DNA from: Geosiphon pyriformis uo1
Taxonomy: Eukaryota; Fungi; Glomeromycota
NCBI GenBank assembly: GCA_016748015.1
Contig: JAAOMT010000009.1
Span: 2,291,861-2,355,860, forward strand
Length of the DNA stretch: 64,000 nucleotides
Reading direction: 5' to 3'
A model generated the notes under the pieces. It worked only from the letters and a program-made list of their open reading frames with translations, made no database searches and was not told the DNA's origin. This document shows, in pieces, positions 38,601 through 51,110 of the stretch. Every line of letters starts with the position of its first letter. Position 1 is the stretch's first letter. A program made the translations under genes and the position numbers.

Positions 38601-41600
38601 GCATCAATTGTGGTAAGAAATTGTTATTAATGGGTGCATGCTGTGGCAATGATAAAAAATACTCAACAGCAACAAAGTTTTATTGCCACCCATGCATCTT
38701 AGAATGTTTTGAATGACCAAAACAACAAGAAAAATGAGATAACAAATCTTGTTTCACTTGTGGAGAAACTTTTTTCAATGAAGGAATGTAGAACAACATT
38801 CCTGGAAGAAGAGAAACATGCAACAAATTGTGTTAATACACGATTCTAATAAGTAACTGGATAAGAAAAGAGACACCAATAGAAGCAGCCTGGAAAAGAG
38901 CAGTAAAATGTCTGGATGGATGTTCACATGATGATGACAAAATCTGGTAAATTGCACTTGCCAAAATTAAAGAAATGTTATTAGAAGAAATAAGAATGAT
39001 CAAAAACAATCTACTAGAACTCATAAAACTTAACTGGGGCTCAAACTCAGAGATTATCCTAGAGCTTATGGACCCAGAACAATTTTATAAGTACTACCAA
39101 GAATTAGCACCCACTAGAGAGAAATAAGAGCAATGGTTGGAAGAAATAAACACAAGACTATGTGACTATTGTTTGATCCCATATGACTTCCAATATTGTA
39201 ATGAGTATAACCTCATTTACAATTCACCACTATGCATAATCTATATGATTCCAGAAAAAAACAAATCAATCAGCAGCTGTGCATCAAAATCGGAATCAAC
39301 TTTCAATTCTGATTCAAACTTTAACAATGATGACAATAAAAACAATGGTTCCAGCTCCACTTAAAATGGCAATGAAAATAACAACAATTTGGACTTCAAT
39401 TCAAACCCCAAAACATACATCACACTTCTTGATCTCTCCAAAGAGCAGAAACTCAAATAGTACAGTAACAACAATAAAGATATTATGCCAGAATGAGCAC
39501 ATAATACAGATGCCAGGTTTGATCTAAGATATCCAGAGAAAAATGCCATCAAATTAAAACCACATTCATGCATTTGCATTAATCTGAAAATAGCACTGGA
39601 AATTCTAGCAACAATAGTTCAATTAACATCTAAGAGTAGTTTAGCAAAAAAGGGAATTAATATTAGAGGAGGAATAATTAATGCAGAATATGTAGGAAAT
39701 ATCATTGTAATACTACAAAATGACTTAGAAAAGGCCTACATCATAGAGCCAAATAAAAAAATAGCACAGGCAATATTTCTGTTTTTGGTTAAAATAGCTA
39801 AATTAGTATCAATAGAAAACAGAAAAGAATTAGAAATTACAGCTAAAGAGATACAAAAATTCAGATCAATGGGTAAAATAGATGTACCAGTTAATTTGGC
39901 AGAAGAAAAAATTGTTGACAAGGGAGAAATTATCTCCACCCATTAATCAATTTCTATTCCACCATATGACTGGTATATGGTAATTATAAAAAGAAAAATG
40001 AAGGATCAGATTCAGATTATTGAGACAGAAGCAACACTTTATGAATTAGGAGAAATTGGATTAGTCAATCTACACATACTAGCCAAAAACCACAGTCACA
40101 TCAAAATTTCCATTTACAACAACATAAAAAACATTATTGAAATACCAGAAGGAATTATCATTGGATATTTAACCACTGAAATTGAAGATCAACTGCCAAA
40201 CACCATTCCAGACTTTCCATAATTGTGTAGATATGTAGATATCACATCTCAAACAATATACGGATGAAAAAAATGTTATCTGCTCCAACCAGAACAATTG
40301 AAACAGATAAACTTAAGAAATTTAGACCTACTACAATATATGCAATTTAAGATGTTACTTAACAACTTCAACAACATATTTGCAAGCAAAAATGAATTTG
40401 GAAGAACTGATATAATTCAGCATCAAATTAAGACTGAAGATGCAATACCAATTAAACAAAGAGCATACAGAGTACTACCAGCCAGCCATGAGATTATTCA
40501 TCAAGAAATCAATTGAATACTTGACAACAGGCTAATTTAGTTATCTATGAGCTCATAGTCATCACCAGTAGTACTAGTCTGTAAAAAAAATAGGAAAATC
40601 CACTTTTGTGTGGATTATTAGAAACTAAATAGAATAACAAAAAGTAATAGCTACCCAACACCAAAGATCCAAGAGCTGTTTGACACTTTCGGAGGAAAGA
40701 AATAGTTCTCAACTTTAGACTTAAACAGTGATTACTGACAAGTAGCCATGAAACCAGAAGATAAAAAGAAAACAACTTTTACAACACAAGAAGAGAATTT
40801 TGAATTTGAGGTTATGCTATTTGGCTTGATGAATGCTCCAGCCACATTCCAATGGCTTATGGAAATTGTCTATACCAGATTGCTATAGAAATCAGTAGTC
40901 ATATACTTGAATAACACCAATGTGTTCTCAAAAACATTTGACAATTATTTGCATTATCTTCAACAAGTATTTGAAAGACTCAGATAAGCAGAATTGAAAT
41001 TAAATGCAAACAAGTGCTTCTTTGACAAAACAGAACTTAAGTTTTTGGGACATGTTGTAAGCAAAAATAGTATCAAAACAGATTCAGATAAGATTGAGAT
41101 TATTAAGAACTTTCCAGTACCAAATAATCTTACAAAATTAAGAGTATTTTTGGAATTTGCTGAATATTACTGCCACTTTATCAAAGACTTTTTTAAAATA
41201 GCTCAATCACTACATCAATTACAAACAAAAAACACAAAATATGAATGGACAAAAACTCAGCAAAAAGCTTTTAATACATTAAAAAGAAAGCTTATTCAAG
41301 CTCTAGTATTGATCTATTCAGATCATAGTAAACCATTCATAATTACAACAAACACATCCAGTCAAGCATTGGGAGTAGTATTATTTCAGAAAAGACCAGA
41401 TGGATAAGAACATTCAATAACTTATGCCAGTAAAAGCTTAAGTCCAGCTGAAAAGAACTATAGAACTCCAGCACTAGAACACTTAGCTATCTATTGGACT
41501 GTCATCAAATGGAAAGAATACTTGAGTCAAAAGTTTGATGTGTACACTGATCATAAAGAATTGACTTCAATTTAAAAGCAAGAATTTGAAGATGATTACC

Positions 41601-41707
41601 ATGCCAGATAAAAAATAGAACTTTTACTATTTAATTATACAGTACATTACAAAAAAGGAAAAAAAACCAGAAATGCTGACAGATTGTCACAAATAAAACA
41701 AATCTAA
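35607..41707 (+). pseudogene. Gag-PR-Cys-rich-dUTPase-RT-RNase H polyprotein of B3
   Basis: ORF fragments 35682-35984, 38033-38221, 39137-39364, 39977-40222, 40298-40516 and 40994-41407 are homologous to B1. Stop TAA at 41705-41707. Confidence 0.9.
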
Positions 41708-41737
41708 AAACATTTTAACACAAAAATATAACAAAAA

Positions 41738-43119
41738 ATGAATATACAAAAATACCAACAACTCCAACATTATATAAATACTCAATTGTTCAAGAAGAAA
41801 TTATCTCAAAAAAAACAAAACAACATAAAACAACAATTAAAATATTTTATTAACCATCAAAATATACTTTACTGGAAGAACAAAAGAAATTCAAATCAAC
41901 CAACTAGAGTAATTACAGAATCAGACAAAGAAACAATATTATTCAACATGCACTCAGATCCAATGACAGGACATTTTCACAAAGAAGCAACTATAAAAAG
42001 AACCAGAAAAAGATACTATTGGTCATCTATGTATCCAGATATTATTCAATATGTTCAAAATTGTGATGTTTATCAGAAAAGAGGAGGAATAAAATCCAGT
42101 AAACTATTAAGACCAATCAAAGTGGGACAACTATTTAATTGTATTGGAATTGACTTAGTTGGACCATTAACCATAACCAGCAGAGGCAACAGATATATTG
42201 CAGTCGCCATAGACTATCTCACAAAATGGCCAAAAACAAAAACCATTTAAAGAGCAAATGCAGAATCTGTTGCCAAATTCATTCATCAAGATTTGATTTG
42301 TCAACATGAATGTCCAAAAGAACTATTATCAGATCAAGGAACTTACTTTGTGAATAAAACATTGACAGAATTAAGTCAAAAATTTGGAATAAAAAGACTA
42401 TTATCATCACCATACCATTCACAAACAAATAGGTTAGTTGAAAGATTTAACAAAACACTGTGTAAAACAATAGCCAAGATCAGCCAAAAAAACCAGAACA
42501 AATGGAATTTGTTTATACCATCAGTATTATTTGTTTACAGAACAATAGAACAAGACACTACACAAGCAACACTATTTAAATTAGTATATGGTAGAACAAC
42601 AACATTACCAGTTGAGATAGAAGTTAGAACATATTTAACAGAACCAATAACAGAAGAAAATTTTCAAAAAACATTGCTAAGAAGAACATATGACTTAATG
42701 AAAACACTAGAAAACAAACAGCAAAAAGCAGTTGATAACATTTAAAAGTCACAAAAAAAACAAAAAAAAAGACATGATAATTAACTAATAAATAAACCAG
42801 TTGAATTCAGAATTGGAGACAAAGTACTTCTACATTGTACCAAAGCAGAAAAACAATGAAGTGGAAAATTTGACCCCAAATAGAACAGACCATTTTACAT
42901 AGAAAAATTCTAGGAAATAGAGCTTATAAATTAAGATGGAATAACAAAATCTTAGCCAAAACAGTACATAGTGATTGACTAAAACCATATTACTATATAG
43001 TGTTGCCATTCACCAGTAATATTCCACAATTAGAAGTACAAAGAATACTAGTCCAACCAGATAAGATTTTACGAGATCTGGAACCAATCATAATAATTGA
43101 ACCAAACACATCAAATTGA
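41738..43119 (+). pseudogene. Stand-alone integrase ORF of B3
   Basis: ATG at 41738 (MNIQKYQQL). MHSDPMTGH, GIDLVGP, LSDQGT, VERFNKTL. Confidence 0.92.
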
Positions 43120-43143
43120 ACAACCAAAAGAGTATATAAAGAC

Positions 43144-43810
43144 ATAGTATATATGACAAAAGCAACAAAAAAAAATAGAAATACTAGATTATATTTACAC
43201 TTTAGCTCAATAATTGTTTCAGGCTTTAAGTCAACAGCAAGTAAACATGGAAATTATTATCAATAACCAAACAATCTGTTATCAAAACACCAAACAAAAA
43301 GGGAAAAAACCACCATATCAGCAATCATAGAAACAATTAATAAACTGGTCAGATAAAATAATAAAAAAAGTAAAGAACACTTTTGGAAAGATAACCATTA
43401 CAGTTCCAACAAAAGAACTGGTAAAAGAAAATTAGAACAAATAAATAGACCAACTTCCAATACTATACTGCTACTATCAATTGGAACAAAAAGTAGATAT
43501 TCAAAAGTTATATCTTGACAAATCCAAAATAATTTTCAATCAAGAGATAGTCTGAAACATTGAAGACATTATTAAAAAGAAAACAAACTTAACACTACAC
43601 ATTAGGACCATTTATTAACTACACATTATATTTCAAAACTACCCAGAAGTATTATTATACTCTAACATAAAAACAATAACCATCAACCAATAGAGAAGAA
43701 TAAACAACTTACAAATTGAAGAAATAAAGAATAAGATGAAACAGATACTACTGAAAAAAGAAGTATTCAATATAATTCAAAATAAGAATTTCAACAGAGC
43801 TCAATATTAA
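43144..43810 (+). pseudogene. ORF3 of B3 (decayed)
   Basis: Same position as B1 ORF3 and shares the MEIIINNQTI motif near 43247. Confidence 0.6.
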
Positions 43811-43823
43811 AAAAAGGAGATAA

Positions 43824-44416
43824 TATTACTCATAAAAAAAAACAGATATAGAAAATAGTAAACCAATAGGAAAGTAGTAGTTAGCATGTGAGCATATTGC
43901 TCAGCAATGTGGAGCAATGTTAGAAAATTAGGGCACATTGCTCAGCAATGTGAGCATTGTTCAAGAAATCATAGCACATTGCTTGGGAATATGAGTGATC
44001 TTATAGAACATCAATTATGTATATATAGTAGTAGCATTAAAAGGAGAAAAAAGAAACCTCTCAGTTTAGATTTGATCTAAACAACCTTCCACATCACAAA
44101 TATTAATAAATAATTATTCAATTATCTCAAATCTACTTCCCATTATCAACACTTCATGTTGATAGTAATTGATACTTAACCATACTGAAACAATAGCTCT
44201 TGATTATGGCTATTGATAGAATATTAACATTTATTGCCTTGGCCCATTTTTTTATTTTTTTTATTTTTTATTATTATTTTTGTTTACTAATTTATGGAGA
44301 ATTAAGTGCTGAATTATTGATGTCAAGGATAGCTTGGTAAAAAACCCCAAAGAAAGAGTATAATAATGAGAATTTAAGAATAGCTTACTAAAAGAGCATC
44401 TCTGCCAGATTACTGG
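43824..44416 (+). repeat. 3' LTR of B3, left segment
   Basis: Follows PPT AAAAAAAGGAGATAA. Direct repeat of 34886-35355. Confidence 0.9.
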
Positions 44417-45385
44417 TGTTACCAGTAGAATTTTAGCTATTAATTAGCATGAAATTACCCTTATAATTCCTATAATTAATTAGTATATTAATATCATTTC
44501 AAATTATCATTTATTATTTAATCAATTATTACATATCACGATTCAATTAAAATAATCTAATTAGTATAACAGAAAGTATGATGATCAAATTACACAATAC
44601 TCTGAACTTTGTAACATTCTAAAATTCGCCGAAATTTACAGAAATTCGCCGAAATTATGAATAGTTTACCCAAATTAATCAATAGTTCAGTGAAATAACT
44701 TGTAATTCATCAAAATGTATCTTTAGTTTGCCGAAATTTGAGCAAAGAGAAAAAGTGCAAGTTCATAGACTAGTACTACAACAAGTTGTATAAAAGAAGA
44801 GCTTTTCTCTTCAAGAAAATGTATCTTACTTTAGATTTATCACTTAGAACCATTCCTACACACACAAAAAGAAATAAATATCAAATAATTCGAAAAACCA
44901 AATTCTTTAATTATTGCACTTGGAAAATCCTCAAAACCCAACTAACGTTTTGAAATTGATTAGCTACCAATTTCAGTAAACTATTAGTGACTCCAGGCCT
45001 GGATAGAAAACGTTTCCCTTGATAAAATCCTATTTTTTTACATTTTTTTTATTTTTCTTTTCTTTTCTTATTAAAATTATTAGGATAGTCTACAAACAAG
45101 ATTCCTGTAGAAGAGTTGACTTTCACAGCAAAGTAACTACACATTTTTAGTAAGCTTCCAGATGAGCAATTCCTGGGAAAGAGTTGATATTACTACAACG
45201 TAACTACATAAAGTAACTGGCAAGGAATTGGCCATTCTACTTATAAGCCCAATAGTTCAAATTATAGAAGATAATTTGAAGATAAATTCAGTTATTGGAG
45301 GTTTAACTACTTCCTGAAAACGTGAATTCACAGCAAATCAACATTAACAACATTAAAAAAAAGAGACCAAAAACCCCCAGTAACA
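44417..45385 (+). repeat. 5' LTR of A3
   Basis: TGTTACCAGTAG...CCAGTAACA. Confidence 0.95.
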
Positions 45386-45431
45386 TTTGGTGCTCTTCTA
45401 CGGAAATAACACAGCAACAACAAACTTCAAA

Positions 45432-48400
45432 ATGGCAATTACACCAGACACAACAACTCTAGAGTATTATCAATCAATTTATACCCATTGCAAGCAGAGA
45501 TTCAACATCCCAGACGGAATTGAAATTGTTGAAAGAACACTCTACCAATACATTGAAAACTGTATCAACAATTATCTTCTTAGAAATTACAATATTTTAA
45601 AAGTGAGAAGCAACCTCTACAATAATTTAGTACACTATTCATGATTGGAAACTGAAAACCTTAACAGTGAAACACTTGCCACCTACTTTCAAGAACTTAA
45701 TTACAACATTATCAAGTATTGCAAAGAAAAATACCCAGTACAGTCTAAATACTCTTTTGACTTTGAATCAAAAACAGAAACAGGCAACAAAGGCAAAAAA
45801 AAGTGAAACAACACTCAAAAACTGCTTCAAACACTCCAATACTACCAAAGACAACTGTCACACACTTGCAAACACCTGAACAAGGAACCAGTGTCAAATT
45901 ACCACTTTCTATCACATCATTTCCAATTTCACTTGTTTGACCACAAACACCAAATTCACTACTTAACTATTTTTCCAGACCAGAAGATTTTCAGTCATCT
46001 AAAAATTCTACTCAACAGCAGAAACCTATATTAACAAGCACCAATATTATTGAATACTTGCAAGAAAACAAAAGTGATCATTCAGAAAATTTGGAAAGTA
46101 AAAAAACTGAATCAAAACAAGGAGAAGTCACAGAAAATGAAGAGGAAATGGCAACTGCTTATATTGCAAAGATTCCAGAATTCACAGGTGAAGATAATGA
46201 TACCAGTCCTCAAGAATGGCTTGACAAAATTCAAAAAGCAGAAGATGCAAATGGTTGGATTACAGCAAGAATGCTTAAAGCAATTCTCTACTTTCTCCAA
46301 AGAACAGCAGGAGAATGGTTTGAAAATTTAGAAGAACTATTTGAAAACTGGCAAACATTCAAAGATGTTTTTCTACAACAATTTACCAACAACAATACCT
46401 CTATCACTCTCAGAAACCGCTTTTGCAATATCAAACAAAAAACATCTAAAACTGTTATGATCTATCTTGAAAGATTTAAACTTCTCAAACAAATCTGACA
46501 ATTAAAAACCAATGACTACTATTCTGATGCTCAAATTCTGGATCAGTTTATAGCAGGGTTAAAAGACAAACTGATTAAAAAAGTCTGTTTACATGCTCCA
46601 GCAGACTTAGCAACTGTTATTAAACATGCAAAGAATTATGAAATTGCTATAAAAGAAGCAAACCACACCAAACTTGTTAACTTGGCTATTGGAGAAACCA
46701 GCTCAGCAGCTGAAAAAAAGATAAACCAACTCACAAAAAAAATTGAAAGCTATTTTACAAACCAACAACAACAGCAGCAACAACCCCAAAAATATCAACC
46801 ACTATAGTGACACAATCAAAACAACTTTGGACCACTATCCAACAACCAACCTCAAAATTGTCACTATTGTGGAATTCCAGGACACTGGAAACAAGATTGC
46901 AGGAAACTACAAAGAAACCAACAAAACAGGAGTAATCAATATTACTCTTTATCACAACAATCTTATTACCAACCCCCACCACCAACTTATTATTTACTAA
47001 GATCACAAATTCAAAACAGCTATTATCAACCAGTTCCACAACCAATTCAACAACAATATCAACAACCTTTACCAATTCAGCAATTTTAGACACCACTCAC
47101 TCAACAATATCAAATACTAGCAAGAAGATTGGTTCAACATAACCAATTCACATTCCAAAATCAATTGCAGAGTAACAACAACAGAATCAATCCAAATAAC
47201 CAGTTGGTTCCCCGAAATTCTGGTCAGCAAAGACCCAATTACTATCACACTCAACCCAGTTATCTTACAATACCAGAGGAATCGGATTTTCAACAAACTG
47301 CATTTTCTGAAGGTGAAGTTGCAGTACCAAGATCAAACCCTTTTAACCACACCATTCCACCAGCTCAAATTGCCCAAAATGCCAATCTGTCAGATATATT
47401 TCCATTTGAATTTGAAGCAAATGAATTACCATTTCTGCTTAGTAATGCAGCAGTCAATGAACAGAAAACAATTACTGCTATGTACACAGAAGCTACAGTG
47501 AAAGAAAAACCCATTTGCTTAATCTTAGATAGTGGATTGGCTGAAAGTATTATCACTTACCAGCTGATGTAACAACTCAAACAAAATGTAGACAGACCAG
47601 CTCAAACAGTTATTGTCACAGTTAATGATATGAAAAAGACTCCAGTAGGAGAAATTAATGATTTTCCCTTTACAATTGATGGAATCACCATTCTAGTTAA
47701 AGTTCTTGTTATGAATGCACCCCAATACCAAGCTCTAGTTGGAAATGATTGGCTTTTCAAGGCCAATGCAAACCTGAACTGGAAAACTCAAGAACTTAAA
47801 ATTTCATACCAAGGACAATATACCATAGTATCTGCAACTTGTAGTATCTTTAACAAACAATCAGAAAAAGCTCCAGTATTTGAATTTGAAGAAGAGAAGA
47901 AAATGCCACTCACTGAAACCTACATGGCTCTTGGATCACCATCCAATTGGGCTGAGGAAACAGAACAAGAGATTTTTGAAGAATCAAGAAGATAGAAGAA
48001 AGTTAGATATTCCACACCAGAACCATGAAAAGAACCACCATACATTCCACTAAAATGCAAAGATTGCAAAAAGAAGCTTTTATTTATGAGAGCCTGTATT
48101 TCCCCAGAAGAGGAATATGAAACTCGTACTTGCTACTTCTACAAGACATACCATAGAGAATTATTTAGATCCTTAAAGAGAAATGGAAAATGGGACAAAA
48201 CTCCTTGTCTTACTTGTGGAGAAAGGCTACCAGAAGAATGCAATTGGATTGATGTAGTAATGAGATGAGGAATATGTGATCAAACCTGTCAATATGCTCT
48301 ATTAATTTCGGAAAAAGTCAAAAGAAAAACACTATTTGATGCAGCATACAACAGTGCTCTCAATAAACTTTACCACTACCCTCATGATACTGAAATAATT

Positions 48401-51052
48401 TTTGACTTAGCAATAGCATTGATTAATAGAGCCACCCAAGAAGATGTCCACCAAATAAAAGAAGCTGAATACATTGAGTATACCATAGAATTAGCTGGAT
48501 TTGATTATAAAGATGAAGTAGAAACCTACCACCAAATTGCAAGCCACACATATCCAACCAAAGAAGCTCAAATTCAATGATTAGAGCAAATGAACATTCA
48601 GTTGTGTAAAGAATGTATTATGCCTTGTAATGACCAATAATGTTTAGAATGTTATGTTCTTAGCATTTCTCTGCCAGATGAGAATGATGAAAATGAAATC
48701 GAATTTAGAGTATTTGAACTAGTAAAAAAACTACCAACCACCCCTATCTATTTTCTTAAAAAGCAACCACCTCTACAACTTAAATATTTTGACAACCATG
48801 GCCAAGGAATCAGACCAGAAAAAGCACACGAAATTGATGCTGGATATGACCTAAGATACCCAGGAAAAGATACTTTGGTTTTCCAACCAAAGTCCTTAAC
48901 AAAAATCAATTTCAAAATTGCTCTTGAAATTCCACCAAGAGCAATGATTCAAATTGCCTTCAGATTATTATTGACAAGCAAAGGAATCAATATTAGAGAA
49001 GGAGTTATAGATGCAGGATACACTGGAGACATTACTATCATGTTACAGAATAAGACAGACAAACCATTCAAAATTGAACATGCTGAAAAAATTGTTCAAG
49101 CAATTTACTTATCCTTAATCAATATTTCGGGTTTACAATCAGTAAACAACAGAGAACAATTGGGAAAAAGTGAAAGAGGAACTCAAGATTTTGGTTCAAC
49201 TGGATGATTTACAGTTCCAGTAAACATAGCTCTTAATACACAAAATAAATCTCACCAGATTCTTCAACTTTTCCAGCCAATTACTATTTCACCTTTTGAA
49301 AAACATCACGAAATTTACACTTGCTCAAAACCCACCACTACACAACAAATCTTTGAATCCAATAAACAAATCTGTTTGAAGCATAAAATCTCAATTCCAA
49401 ATGTTTATATTTCCAAAGGAATGAAAAAATTTTGAGTTACATTTTACAACTCCAATAATTACTCTATTGTCTTATTAAACAAACTGGAGATTGGAATCAT
49501 ACACAGCAATATTTTTCAAGATGAAAACCCTCAAATTGTCTTTAATTTCATCGAAATTGTAAAGCACACTCTATTCCCAAATCCAAATATCATTCTCACT
49601 ACTGAAAACTACCACTTTTTGGAAGAAAAACTCTCTCAAATCAACATGAATCCCTTAGAACCTCAACAACAAAGACAATTGAAACAATTGATAGCTGAAT
49701 TTGCAGATATATTTGCAAAAGACAACAATAACCTAGGAAAAACGGATATGGTTCAAAATCAGATCCATACAGAAGATGCTCCACCAAAACATCAGCAAGC
49801 TTACAAAGTGCCACCTGCCAGCCACCAATTCATCAGAGAAGAAGTTCAGAGAATGCTCAATAACGGATTGATTCAACCATCAAGAAGTCTTTGGGCCTCA
49901 CCAGTAGTCCTTATTAAAAAGAAAAATGGAAAAATCAGATTTTGTGTTAACTATCGCCAAGTAAACAGTGTGACTATTGGAGATGCCTACTCTCTTTTAA
50001 GAATTGATGACATGCTAGATGCTCTAGAAAAAGCCAAGTTCTTCTCAACTTTAGACTTGGAAAGTGGATACTGGCAAGTCGAAATGGATTCAAAAGACTG
50101 ATCCAAAACAGCATTTACCACTTAGGGAGGAAACTATAAGTTCAATGTTATGCCTTTTGGACTCTGCAATGCACCAGCAACATTTCAGCAACTTATGAAT
50201 GTTGTATATAAAGGGCTCTTGTGGCAATCAGTAGTTGTCTATCTTGATAACACTGATGTATACTCACCAAGCTTTGAGACTTATCTTATCCACCTGTGAA
50301 AAGTTTTTCAATGATTACGGAAAGCAGGATTGAAGTTAAACATTGAAAAATGTCACTTTGGAAAAACAAGCTTAATCTTTCTTGGACACATTGTTAGCAA
50401 AGATGAAGTCAAACCAAATTCAGGAACAATCAGTGCTGTCAAAAACTTTCAAACCTCCAGAAATACCACAGAACTAAGAGGATTTGTAGGATTAGCCTCT
50501 TACTATCGAAAATTCATCAAAGAATTCTCAGAAATTGCCAAACCACTCAATTATCTCACCAATAAAAATGTGCCATACAAATAGACTGAAAAACAACAAA
50601 AAACATTTGAAACCCTCAAAACAAAGCTAACAACAGCCCCAGTTCTTGCTTATTCAGACTTCAACAAATGATTTCAACTAGCCACTGATGCTTCACACAT
50701 AACATTCAGTGCCATCTTATCACAAGTAAATGAAAATGGGCAAGAACAAGTTATTGCTTATACTAGTAGAACACTCAAACCAGCAGAACTAAAATATGGC
50801 TCAACTGAATTAGAAGCTGCCACAGTTATTTGGGCTCTTAAACATTTTCAACAATATCTGAAAAATGGAAAAGAATTTGACATAATAATAGACAACATTG
50901 GCCTCAAATGGCTTAATAAAAAGAAAACTGAACAAAGTGCCAAACAGTCTCGATGGAATAACTTTCTAGTAAACTACAAATATATTGTATACCACAAACC
51001 AAAAAAACTACATACCAATGTTGATAGCCTCTCAAGAATAAGACAAGATTAA
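45432..51052 (+). pseudogene. Gag-PR-Cys-rich-dUTPase-RT-RNase H polyprotein of A3
   Basis: ORFs starting 46058, 47129, 47630, 48086, 48875, 49619 and 50330, the knuckle CHYCGIPGHWKQDC (46859) and the terminal TAA (51050) are all in one frame. Protease LILDSG; dUTPase GVIDAGYTG and RGTQDFGSTG. Confidence 0.94.
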
Positions 51053-51110
51053 TACCAACAACAAATTCCACCACAACTTACCAATCTACCAACAAAATAA
51101 CCAAACAAGA

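Noticed and set aside
46755-47096. Val/Leu-rich antisense ORFs repeated in two copies (also 309-554)
   Set aside because: Antisense shadow of the CAA-rich Gln/Pro/Asn Gag linker. Recurrence follows from element homology.
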